64,000 nucleotides of DNA from positions 3,931 to 67,930 of the IMG/VR virus record IMGVR_UViG_3300042691_037641; one strand, given 5' to 3'. A program made the position numbers and the translations under genes. The stretch comes from a virus. The notes beneath the pieces were generated by a model. The model saw only the letters and a list, made by a program, of their open reading frames with translations, was not told where the DNA came from and did not search any database. This document shows positions 42,177 to 54,300 of this stretch, one piece after another (within the stretch, counting starts at the first letter, position 1; each line of letters opens with the position of its first letter).

Positions 42177-42776
42177 ATGAAACAAACATTAAAGGAAAGT
42201 CCAAAAGTACTCGGACTTGATGTGAGCACGAAAACAATAGGGTGGGCGTTGTTTGATATTCAGACAAGACAATTATTAGAGTTAACTCATATCTCACCAA
42301 TCCCAAAACCCAAGGAAGAAAATAAAATCAAAGAACTACTTTTGAAGAGTGAAATCTTCAGAACAAAATTAGAAAAATATAGAGGTCTCGGAATTACAAA
42401 GGTAGTTATTGAGGAACCATTATTAAATTCTAATAATGTCTATACCATTCAAACACTATTGAGATATAATACACTTATTACAAAAGAGATATATGATGTG
42501 TTGGGTATTGTACCCGAATTCATATCAACATATAACTCACGTAAAAACGCTTTTCCTGAACTTGTTAAACAAAATGATAAAAACAAGTATGTTCTATTTG
42601 GGGGTTATCCTAAGGACTGTGATAAGAAACAAATAATTTGGGATTTAGTTGCCAAAAGAGAACCACAAATTCAGTGGCAATACACAAGAAATAATACGCT
42701 TAAAAAGGAAAATTTTGACCAATCTGATGCTTATTGTTGTGTGTTAGGATACATGAAACAAGAAACTATTTGGTGA
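42177..42776 (+). CDS. RuvC-like Holliday junction resolvase
   Basis: RNase H-fold acidic motifs VLGLDVSTKTIGWA, VVIEEP and FDQSDA. Confidence 0.8.
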   Translation: MKQTLKESPKVLGLDVSTKTIGWALFDIQTRQLLELTHISPIPKPKEENKIKELLLKSEIFRTKLEKYRGLGITKVVIEEPLLNSNNVYTIQTLLRYNTLITKEIYDVLGIVPEFISTYNSRKNAFPELVKQNDKNKYVLFGGYPKDCDKKQIIWDLVAKREPQIQWQYTRNNTLKKENFDQSDAYCCVLGYMKQETIW

Positions 42777-43883
42777 TTAAAATGCGGATAATGGTAGTCC
42801 GTACCATACTGCGGCATTTATTTTCAGATACAAATTATTATTATCGTAGCAAATATCTCCAGTTGCTCCCTCAGGCTCAACCCCACCAGGTTTGGGTGTA
42901 TACGGAGTCCTCAATCTTAGTTGACTGTAACCCGCAATCCCTGATACTGCACCAACACCACTTATATCCATAAGACTAGTAGGTAAAACATTGTTTTGAC
43001 CAAATCCTATAAACCCTTTAGTTGGGTCTTCACCACTTATAAAAATTTCAGGTTCACCATTTTTAACTTCATAATCACCATTTACATAAAATGCGATAAA
43101 ACCGGAGTCGTTTGTATCATTCGTTGAAACTATGTTTAGTCCATTAGATGGGCCAACTTTTGCTAAAAATGAATCACGAGCAATACCGAATGGGGCAACA
43201 CCTGAGGTTGTACCACCAGGGTCAATATTACCCATCAAAAGACCACCGCCTCCATCACTCAAAACCCCAATTGCGGTAGATATTAGAAAACCTGAAGAAA
43301 GCATAATAACTTCTTGAAAATCGTTAAATAGGGTTCCACTTAAATTATTGAGATTGTCATAGTATCTTATTTCACTTTGTGCATTTACCGAAAAAAATTG
43401 AAAAGTTGACCGACCGTTTACAGACGGAGTGTTTACCCCTAATTTAGTTATTTGAAAAGCACTACCATTACCTGACTCGGTGTGAGTGACAACCATTTGA
43501 GAATGTTCCCCATCTTCTCCAAAAATAGTGGATTGAGTTGATTCCCCTGTTGCAATAGGTTGTATAAAAATATGTTGTACACATGGGTATATGTCATTAA
43601 CATAAAGATTATTTATACAATTGACAGAACCACCTGAAAATATCGGAAAATCGGTAACTTCAACACCCAAAGTACCTGATACCCCAAATAAACTTAAAGT
43701 TTGGTTTTCATAATTATAGATTCCACTTGATAAACAACAATCGTTAGCATCTATTAATTGAGCAATAGTTACTTTATAAGACGAACCATTATCACTTTGA
43801 CTTAAATCTTCAGGTCTTGCTATGTGAACAAAATCTGTTAAATTTAAATAAGGTGCTGGTATTTGGTCAGTTAGAATAGGCAT
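42777..43883 (-). CDS. Tail-fibre-like protein (paralog 1)
   Basis: Gly-rich beta strands. C-terminal QLRLRTPY.P...GATGDICYDNNNLYLK...W is a fibre-type motif. Confidence 0.6.
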   Translation of the reverse strand: MPILTDQIPAPYLNLTDFVHIARPEDLSQSDNGSSYKVTIAQLIDANDCCLSSGIYNYENQTLSLFGVSGTLGVEVTDFPIFSGGSVNCINNLYVNDIYPCVQHIFIQPIATGESTQSTIFGEDGEHSQMVVTHTESGNGSAFQITKLGVNTPSVNGRSTFQFFSVNAQSEIRYYDNLNNLSGTLFNDFQEVIMLSSGFLISTAIGVLSDGGGGLLMGNIDPGGTTSGVAPFGIARDSFLAKVGPSNGLNIVSTNDTNDSGFIAFYVNGDYEVKNGEPEIFISGEDPTKGFIGFGQNNVLPTSLMDISGVGAVSGIAGYSQLRLRTPYTPKPGGVEPEGATGDICYDNNNLYLKINAAVWYGLPLSAF

Positions 43884-43905
43884 AAATTATTAGTAATTTT
43901 GATTA

Positions 43906-44934
43906 TTATGGTATTACACTTAATTGAGCTCTCCTCCATCCCGAGCCGGTTTTAACGTATATGTAAGGTACTGAACTTGCATTAATTCCCCAACAAATAT
44001 CGCCTTCCTCACCATTAGTATCGGCACTGCCACTTGGATTATATGGTGTTCGTAACCTTAATTGATTGTAACCTGTCGCTCCGCTTATATCAACTAATGA
44101 AGTTGGGTCGACATTTCCCTGACCAATACCCATAAAACCTTGATTAGCGCCATCGCCATCTATATGAATATGGGGGTTTTCATTTGACGCTTGAACATCG
44201 GTACCGGCATAAAATCTAATATATTCTGGGAAAGGACCCGCTCCTACAGCGTATTGAGTTATTATATTTAATCCTCTTGCATTCGTTGATGAATAAAGAC
44301 AAGTATCTCCTTGAGCTCCAATTTTTTCATAGGTAGTATTGTTATTACCTCTAACATTCAAAATTAATCCGGCACTTCCCCCTTCTGAAAAAGCACCAAC
44401 ACCTGCAACGATTGTATCGTCACCTAATAATGTTACCGTATGTAGTCCATTGGCATTTTCATCATAGTAAAATCTTGACCTACCATCATAACTAAAAAAA
44501 TCAAAAGTATGTTCAGGTGTTTCTGTGTTTAATCCTATCCTTGTAGAACCAGGGTCACTAGTATGGTCAACTGTGAAACCACTGAATATACCGAAATAAG
44601 TATTTCCTGAACTTAAAGGTTGTATTCTTATATTAGTTACACATGGATATATTTCGTTGACGTACAATTGATTAATACAGTTACCTGAACCACCAGTGAA
44701 ATTAAAACCTGATACAGAAAATGCAACATTTCCCGATGAATTTATAAAAGTCAAAGTACCATCCGAAACAGTACCTGCAGTTAAACAACAATCTGATGTT
44801 AGCTCGAATATTTGAGAAATTTGAGCTTTGAATGAGTCACCTGCGGCATTTGTAACGGTAGATGCGGTATTCACTATGTGAATATAATCAGTTGGATTTA
44901 CACTTACCGCTTGTTGTCTTTGTGTTAGAAACAT
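43906..44934 (-). CDS. Tail-fibre-like protein (paralog 2)
   Basis: Shares DCCL, GGS.NCIN.LYVN.IYPCV..I.IQP and QLRLRTPY...GDIC with 42777-43883. Confidence 0.6.
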   Translation of the reverse strand: MFLTQRQQAVSVNPTDYIHIVNTASTVTNAAGDSFKAQISQIFELTSDCCLTAGTVSDGTLTFINSSGNVAFSVSGFNFTGGSGNCINQLYVNEIYPCVTNIRIQPLSSGNTYFGIFSGFTVDHTSDPGSTRIGLNTETPEHTFDFFSYDGRSRFYYDENANGLHTVTLLGDDTIVAGVGAFSEGGSAGLILNVRGNNNTTYEKIGAQGDTCLYSSTNARGLNIITQYAVGAGPFPEYIRFYAGTDVQASNENPHIHIDGDGANQGFMGIGQGNVDPTSLVDISGATGYNQLRLRTPYNPSGSADTNGEEGDICWGINASSVPYIYVKTGSGWRRAQLSVIP

Positions 44935-44958
44935 ATTAGTTAATTATTTTATATATCT

Positions 44959-45279
44959 TTATTGTGGTTGGTCTTGAAAGTAATATGACTCATAATCCTG
45001 AAATTCAAAACATAATCCATGTTGAAATTGTTTATAGTCACAACATATTATTGTTATGTAAAGACAACAAGCTGAGTTTGGGTCTCTTAATAGTATTACA
45101 GTTGTACCATCGGGTATGCCTGTAAGAACAAAAGGACATTCATTACCTGTTATCGCTGATAAAGGTATTGTTGCAAAAAAATCAGTATAATCATCAATAT
45201 TTGCATACGCAAGTATGGTTGCATCTGGCAACATGGTTTCGCCAGTCACGGTCATACATGTTAATGCGGAAAATGACAT
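44959..45279 (-). CDS. Small Cys-rich protein, putative fibre adaptor
   Basis: 106 aa with two CC pairs and C-terminal KQFQ.G..FEFQD...Y.FQD. Preceded by TATTTATA. Confidence 0.6.
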   Translation of the reverse strand: MSFSALTCMTVTGETMLPDATILAYANIDDYTDFFATIPLSAITGNECPFVLTGIPDGTTVILLRDPNSACCLYITIICCDYKQFQHGLCFEFQDYESYYFQDQPQ

Positions 45280-45295
45280 ATTTTTATATTATTTC

Positions 45296-45303
45296 TATAA
45301 ATA
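45296..45303 (-). promoter_or_regulatory. TATTTATA motif on the minus strand, putative late promoter
   Basis: The plus strand reads TATAAATA. 16 nt upstream of start 45279. Confidence 0.55.
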
Positions 45304-45317
45304 CTTTTAATTTATTT

Positions 45318-48300
45318 TTATGGTGGGTTAAAATTTATATTTATTGTTTCAGGTGGTTGTGCTACACCATTAATGTTGTATAATAAAGGTGCCGAAGACA
45401 GTGGGGTAATTGTGTAAGGAGAGTTAAGACTAAATGAATTAACACCCTTAATATTTTGTATGTTATTTTGCATACCATACATAGTTGAGCCACTTGTAAA
45501 TAATGCCAAATTTTGAGAAGATGGAACAAATCTTAATTCCTCAACTCCTGTTGCGTAATCATATTGTATTATAACTCTATTATTTTGAACACCACCTGAA
45601 TATGCGCTTATTATTAATTTACCGGTGTTTGTGTAAATCATATCAGGTAAAACAAGATAAGTATTTGGTAAAGTAAATTTAACGGTAGGAATTGCGGTAG
45701 TTGCTGAAATATTTAATTCTATTATGGTGCTGGTGGTTGAGCCACTATTAACTATTAAATAATCGACACCACCCGAGGACCTCACAGCGAGACCTTGTCC
45801 TATAGTAAATCCAACATTAAGAGTCCTTTGGATAGTGGATGCTGAAAAAGGATTTGCAATATAGTTATATTCTCTAATGACAGCCCCACTTCCGGCTGAC
45901 GATAACCAAAGTTTTGAAGTGGTACAAGCAACATCCGTATTATAAAAACTTATACTCAAATTCAAAATCTGAAAGGTATTTGTAGAAACATTGTATCTTG
46001 ACAGAACACCCACTGAACTTCCTGTTGTTCCAACCATGAAAGGTAAAGAATATTCGGATAAATCTACACTTGTAGAAGTTGGAGTATTGGTTATTGTTGG
46101 TGTAATTGTAGTTGTTGGTGTTATGGACATAGTAGGGGTCTGTGTTGATGTTCTTGTTGGTGTTACTGACATAGTCGGTGTTACACTTCTAGTTAATGTA
46201 ACAGTTGTTGTTGGTGTTACTGACATAGTCGGTGTTACACTTCTAGTTAATGTAACAGTTGTTGTTGGTGTTACCGTTATCGTTGGAGTTACACTTCTAG
46301 TTAAAGTAATCGTAGCTGTATTAGTTGGTGTAACTGTCATTGTTGAAGTAATTGTTGGCGTTTGAGTGTTAGTTGGAGTTGGGGTAGGTGTTGTCGGGAT
46401 AAATTCAACATCTATACATTGTGGTGATTGTGACATATCCCTTACTATAGTTATAAGACTTTTTGAAGATACCAAACTAAATGAGTATGGTGAACTCAAA
46501 TTAACTTGAACAATTTGACCATTTATCGAGCTGGACGGAACTATGTAAAAATTACCAGAATTAATAAAAATTGAAAACCCTTGTGGGTTTGTTGAAGGTC
46601 CTCCTGAAGGTGGGGCATACTGGATGTCCACCTCAACATTACCGGATAAATCGTATTGAGTTATATAATTTCTCAATAATACATTATCATAAGTACATGT
46701 AATTATTTTACCTGTTTGAGTCAATATTAAATCGTTCGATTCTCGTCTATTTGAGTTAAATAAATCAAATAATTTTGTTCTTACTCCTGTATTAGTATTT
46801 AAAGTTATTACTGAACGAGAAGCTCCTGTTCCTGAAAATAATAACAAAGTAGAATCATCAATGGCAAATAAACCATTGTTAGTTGCAAAAGTACCTGGGG
46901 GTGATGGGATTGTTCTAAAATATGTTGATGTGAAAGGTGACAGTGTTATATTATATTCCAAAATAACGCCGGTGCCACCCGTAACTCCCCATATCCACAT
47001 TTTATTCGAGGTATTTGCTAAACCATCTGGCTGATTGTCTGAATTTCTACTTATAGGTATTGGAATAGAAATATTAGTTGAAAAATCATAACTATATACC
47101 AAACTACTTATTCCGGTAATTTGTGGTCTACTTAAATAAAATGTTGTACAAGCGTCAAAATTTAGAGATGGGCAAGATACCGTACAATCACCAAGTTGAT
47201 ATATTACACCTATTTGAGTCGTTGCGGTATATTGAGGACTTGTTGGGTCCCCCAAAACACAAAGTTGAGCGTATGACGCTCCTGTTATAGTGACATTATT
47301 AAATACACCATTACAATCATAATATTCTACAGAACCGCTACTCGTTGTATTATTAAAGAAATTGTAACATGTGCATGCTGATAAATTAGATGTTTGACTC
47401 GGAGTTATAGTTACAGTTGGGGTTTGTGTGGTTGTATTTGTTGGAGTTTGTGTATTAGTAGGAGTTTGAGTTCTTGTATTAGTAGGAGTTTGTGTATTAG
47501 TAGGAGTTTGAGTTGATGTATTAGTAGGAGTTTGAGTTGATGTATTAGTAGGAGTTAAAGTATTAGTAGGAGTTTGTGTTCTCGTATTTGTTGGAGTCAA
47601 AGTGTTAGTTGGAGTTTGTGTGGTTGTATTAGTTGGAGTTTGTGTGGTTGTATTAGTTGGAGTTTGTGTGGTTGTATTAGTTGGTGTTTGGGTATTAGTT
47701 GGAGTTTGTGTGGTTGTATTAGTCGGAGTTTGAGTATTAGTAGGAGTATTAGTAGGAGTTTGAGTCGATGTATTAGTCGGTGTTTGGGTTGATGTATTAG
47801 TTGGAGTTTGAGTGGTAGTTGATGTAACGGTAGGAGTTGGGGTATTTGTAGGGGTGTTTGTCGGTGTTGGAGTTACTTTTATAAAATTAACATCTAAACA
47901 AACCAAAGGTTGCGCCATACCATTGTTTGTTATTGGCATGTCAGATAAAAGAGTAGAAGAATAAGGAAATTCTAAATTGAAGAATCTTCTTGTTTTTGCA
48001 GTTGAGTCACAAAATGCTACATAAATACTATCGTTATAAATATAGAAAGAATACCCATTTCCTGCATTACCAAACACAAAATCCAATTCTAAATTACCTG
48101 AAGAATCATATTGACTAAAATATGATTGAGGTGACGTTCCACCAGTGTATGTATGCATTATGAACTTTCCTGTATTGGTATAAATCAAATCACCTCGTAA
48201 AGCTCTTCCCGAAGGTAATAATGAAAACAAATGTGTAATTACGGCGTTATTTGACGATATATTAATATTAACAATCGAGTTTTGAGAAGCACCTGTTGAT

Positions 48301-51300
48301 GATACTAAATTATTATTATCAATGACCGCTAAACCATTTGAAGTAAGAGTTGAAGGACTTGTAGACCCTGTGAATAAGATATCTCTTGAGAAAGATATTG
48401 TGAAAGGATTATTCGTGAATACAAATTCTTTTAATAAAAACGTAGTTGCAAAAGTACCTAACACCCAAAGGTAGCTATCGTTAGTTGCAATATCAACAAT
48501 AGACGAGGCTCCTAAAGTTATTGGTAAAGGAAACGCGGTGTTTGTGATTGGGTCGTAGTTATAAATTATTCTGTTAGAAAAACCTAATGTGAATACATCA
48601 CAAGATTGTCTTGATACCACAGGACAACTCACACTACAATCACCATTATAATAAACAACAGTTATTTGTGCTGAAGTTGTGTAAGCACTATTACGGAGAC
48701 ATACACTCGCGTAGTCACCATTTGAAACATTCAATGAAGACGAAATTCCATTACAATCAGTGTAATTTACTGTACCTGTTTGTGAAGTTGAAGTATTGAA
48801 GAATGTGAAACAATTACAATTATTAGAAGTTGGGGTAACCGTAGGAGTTGGGGTGTTAGTTGGTGTTTCTGTAGATGTTGGGGTGTTAGTTGGAGTTTCA
48901 GTGGATGTTGGCGTTATAGTAGTTGTTGAAGTTTGAGTATTAGTTGGTGTTATAGTAGTTGTTGAAGTTTGAGTATTAGTTGGTGTAACAGTGTTAGTTG
49001 GAGTTTCAGTTACAGTAGGCGTTTGAGTATTTGTTGGCGTTTGAGTATTTGTAGGAGTTACAGTTGAAGTTGGTGTTTCAGTTACAGTTGGAGTCTGAGT
49101 ATTAGTCGGTGTCTGAGTATTTGTTGGGGTTGGTGTTAAACTTGGGCAAGGATAATTTTCTGAACATCCTGAGCAACTAGTTTGTGCAGTAAGTCCTACA
49201 TAAAGATATGCATTTGGAGCTTCTGTCTGCTCTATAACTTCAGCACAACCTACAAAACCAATTGAATCAACATAAAGTGTATCGCCTGTAGTAATTGTTG
49301 ATGCAATTTCACCAGGAATTGTAAATAATTCGAATATTTGATATGGGAAGCAGCATCCACTAAACCATAATTGAGCTGGTGGATAATAAGTCTTCGTTGG
49401 AGTTACAGTTGGTGTATTAGTTGGTGTTTCAGTATTTGTCGGAGTAATTGTTGGTGTTACAGTATTAGTTGGGGTAACGGTATTCGTTGGTGTTTCCGTA
49501 TTTGTAGGAGTAATGGTATTAGTTGGGGTAACAGTATTCGTAGGAGTTTCTGTATTAGTTGGAGTTGAAGTAATTGTTTGTGTTGGGGTTACGGTATTAG
49601 TTGGGGTTTCAGTTATAGTAGGTGTTATAGTATTAGTTGGGGTTACGGTATTAGTTGGGGTTTCAGTTACAGTGGGTGTCAATGTTGGAGTTTGAGTGTT
49701 TGTTGGGGTTGGAGATGGTGTCGGTAACTGTAATGATAAAGTAATACATTCGGCTAATTGAGACATGTCAGTAACACCACCTAGAACGCTACCGGCTAAA
49801 GTTAATGTATATGGTTCGGATAAACCAACTTGATAATATTCACCAGTTGCGTCACTTGTTATATATAAATTACCACCTGACTGAAAAATACCGGTCCACC
49901 CGCCAGTAATATTTGGTAAAGAAATATCAACTTCAGGAATACTCGATGATGATGAATAATCAAACTGGGATAACCACATAATCTCAGTCGGAGCACTTTG
50001 GAAACCGCTAATAATCAAAACTTTATTATTTGTGGTTAAAACAATGTCCTCAATCCTTCTAAATGTTGGTAATGAAAATTTGAAAGTGGGTATCGGAGGA
50101 GTTACGGATATATTTAATTCAAATACTTCGTCTTGTGTTACACTTGTATTCCTTCTTCCTAATAACAATGTATTATTATCTATCGCAAAAAGACCGAATG
50201 ATGAATTCCAAGGTAAATTTATCGTTCTTATAACTGGACTTATACTATAATTACATAAAGTTAAATCATATTCTTTTATTTCTCTACTTGTGACCGGTTG
50301 TCTGCTTAACCATAGTTTGGTTGAAGTATGAGCAAGACCACCAACAACCCAACCTGGATTAGTAATTGGTAAAAGATATCTTACGTTACCTGAAATATCA
50401 TAAAAATACAAATTATTCGAACCCCAGTATAGCAAATCACAATTATCAATACAAACCGATTGTGTGGAGGTTGGAGTAGATGTTAATGTCTCAGTTACTG
50501 TTGGTGTTACGGTCACCGTAGGGGTGTTTGTCGGTGTTTCCGTATTTGAAGGTGTTATTGTAGAGGTTTGTGTAGGTGTGGGAGTTGTTGTTCTTGTTTG
50601 TATAGGAGTAGGTAATTGTACCCAACAAGTATCAACATCTTCAGGAGATAATAAAGTGTCGGGTGTTGAGGTGGCAAACCAAGTGACACCGTCATTTAAT
50701 GAGTAAAATGCGAAAGGTGTTTCTACACTACTTTGGACTCCGTACCAGATGTTATTAATACCATCATATTGTACTTGCTCGATTGTGCTTGAAATATCAA
50801 ATGAAACTAAATTCGATTGAGTCCAATTAATACCATCATTTGAATAATACAAATCATCAATTGACTCAAACCCAATAACAAAATTGTTCTGACCAAAATT
50901 TACACATCTGACTATCCTAATTTCGGATAAAACTAAGGTAGACAAACTCCAATTTATACCATCATATGAGTATGATACAGGAGTAGTTGAAGTGTCAGAG
51001 GTTGATTTTACCCAAACACCATTACCGAATGATATCCTCGGTGAATTACTACCGGCAGTTATACCTGACCAATTAATACCATCATATGATATTACTTGAT
51101 TATATCCCCCAAGTAAAGGTTGAAAACATTGAATCCATAAGTGGTTGAAATTATTATCCCAACCATAGACTAATGTATCATTTTTAAGATTATTCGAAGA
51201 ATTTGCCCAACCATCTACCGCAGGGTTATATATATTAGACTGAGTCCATGATGTCAAATCATAAGAATAATACATTGAATAACTAACACCATCATAACCA

Positions 51301-54300
51301 AATAATTGCCAGATGTAGTTATCTGATACGTCCCTACCAAATGAAAGTTGTATACTATCAGTTAAAGTAAGAGAAGTGGATATGATGTACCAAATTTGAC
51401 CATTGTAACTATAATGAACATTAGAATTATTAACAAAAACATAAACTGATTCACCGTTTAAATACCCTCTAGTCATATTAGTGACATCGTTGATGTTAAT
51501 TGTTGGGAAATCATAAACTATTTGCCAATTTTGACCTGAATTGGTAGTCATGGCGACAGATAATGTGGCAGGTAGTTGACTATTACCAAAAGCAATTGGG
51601 TAACAATAATAAGTTGTTGTTGTTGGTGTTATTGAAGGAGTTTGGGTATTTGTTGGTGTATTAGTCGGTGTTTCTGTATTAGTCGGTGTTATCGTTGGAG
51701 TTACGGTAGAAGTTGGTGTGTTAGTAGGGGTGTTAGTAGGGGTATTGGTTGGAGTTTCTGTGTTTGTAGGAGTAACGGTATTTGTAGGTGTTTCCGTATT
51801 TGTAGGAGTAACGGTATTTGTAGGTGTTTCCGTATTTGTAGGGGTAGGTGTTTCTGTGACGGTATTAGTTGGAGTTTCGGTTACCGTCGGAGTTGGGGTG
51901 TTGGTTGGGGTTTCAGTATTGGTTGGAGTTACTGATTCAGTGGGGGTAATTGTTGGAGTAGGTGTAGGAGTTGGAGTTCTAGTTGCACATACACATGCCG
52001 GGTCAGGAGTTGCGGTACCAAAGCCCGAAACTACCTCAACATTATATGAACATATAACTGTTGAAGTTTCACCAAGATTTAAATTTACAGGATAAGTAGT
52101 CCCATCACAATCAAAAACTCGGAATAAAGTACTTGACTCATATATGTTATAAATTATTGAATTAAAAATGCTCCCTAAATCAATTGTTAAAGATGGGGTA
52201 AATGTTAATATGTAGGACGAATTTATAGGGCTAAACGTAGCAGTTAAAATTGTAAAATATTGGGGTGGCAAAGAAGGGTTAACACTAATCAATTCCAAAA
52301 CTTGACCAACTAGAACGATTGGAGACGGTACATTAGTTGGTATAAATGCAAAATCATCTCCTACTCTTAAAGGTGGTTTAATAACAAACCCATTATCAAT
52401 TTGGGCGCCAAACCCACCAACTAATTCCCAAGATGTACAACATAAAGTTTCAGTTGGTGTAGGAGTAACGGTATTAGTTGGAGTTTCAGTTGGTGTTTCT
52501 GTATTCGTAGGTGTGACAGTATTAGTCGGAGTTTCTGTATTTGTTGGGGTTACAGTATTAGTCGGAGTTTCTGTATTTGTTGGGGTTACAGTATTCGTAG
52601 GCGTTTCAGTCACCGATGGAGTTACAGTATTTGTAGGTGTTTCCGTATTTGTAGGGGTAACAGTATTAGTCGGAGTTTCAGTAGTTGTTGGAGTTACGGT
52701 ATTAGTCGGAGTTTCAGTAGTTGTTGGAGTTACGGTATTAGTCGGAGTTTCAGTAGTTGTTGGAGTTACAGTGTTTGTAGGAGTTTCTGTATTTGTAGGA
52801 GTTACAGTATTAGTCGGAGTTTCAGTGTTAGTTGGGGTTTCAGTGACTGTAGGTGTTTGAGTATTTGTTGGTGTTACAGTTATGGTTGGAGTGACGGTAT
52901 TTGTTGGAGTTGGAGTTAAACTTGGGCAAGGATAATTTTCTGAACATCCTGAGCAACTAGTTTGGGCGGTAAATCCTACATAAAGATATGCATTTGGAGC
53001 TTCTGTCTGTTCTATAACTTCAGCACATCCTACAAAACCAATTGAATCAACATAAAGTGTATCTCCGGTAATAATTGTCACAGCAATCTCACCAGGAATT
53101 GTAAATACTTCGAATATCGGATACGGAAAGCAACATCCGCTAAACCATCTTATCGATGGTGGATAATAAGTCTTTGTTGGAGTTACAGTTGGTGTATTAG
53201 TTGGTGTTTCGGTATTTGTCGGAGTAATTGTTGGTGTAACTGTATTTGTGGGTGTTTCAGTATTTGTTGGCGTAACAGTATTCGTGGGCGTTTCTGTATT
53301 CGTAGGGGTAACAGTATTAGTAGGAGTTTCAGTATTTGTTGGCGTTATAGTATTAGTAGGAGTTTCAGTATTTGTTGGCGTTATAGTATTAGTCGGAGTT
53401 TCCGTATTCGTAGGTGTGACAGTATTAGTTGGTGTTTCAGTCACTGTTGGAGTAACAGTATTCGTAGGTGTTTCTGTATTTGTAGGAGTATTAGTTGGGG
53501 TTTCTGTATTTGTAGGAGTAACGGTGTTAGTTGGAGTTTCTGTATTTGTTGGCGTAGGGGTATTAGTCGGGGTTTCAGTGTTAGTTGGTGTTGGCGTTGC
53601 GGTTTGTGTTGGTGTTGGAGTTGGAGTTACTTGATTGAAATTTATTGGGAGGCAAGACAATAATTGTGTTGTTCCTTTGACCGCACCGGTATAAGTTAAT
53701 TGATTGAAAGCGGTTGTTGATAACCCCCATGGAGAGTCGAGGGTTGCTAAATATATAAAACCTGATGTATCTACTGCATAAATCGAACCACCAAATTCAA
53801 AGAAACCGGCAATTATTTGGGTAACCTGAAATAAAACTTCTCTTACACCTGTCGAATAATCATATTGTAAAATGTAATTATTCAAACCTCGGTACATCGA
53901 GACTATAAGTTTATTAGTAGTTGTGAGAATAAAATCACCTCTAACGAGCCAACCTAATTCTAATGGGAATTTAACAGTTACGGTATTTGCTGCGAAATTT
54001 AATTCTTGAACAACTTCTTGAGACGGGTCAGAGGTATTTGTTATAATTAAAGTATTGTCATCTATTGCAAAAAGAGCATCACCTAAATTTATTCTTGTGA
54101 TTTCGTCTAAGAAAGTTACAGAGAATGGACAAATTGAAAAATTATATCTTCTTATTCTATTTGAGGATGATATGAAAAGTTTGGTTGAACTATGGGCGAT
54201 ATCATTGAATGGTGTACCTGGTATGGGGACTAATGTTGAGGTTTGAGTTACATTATTATAGGCGAAAACAAAAGAACGACTATCAATATATAAAGCGTCA

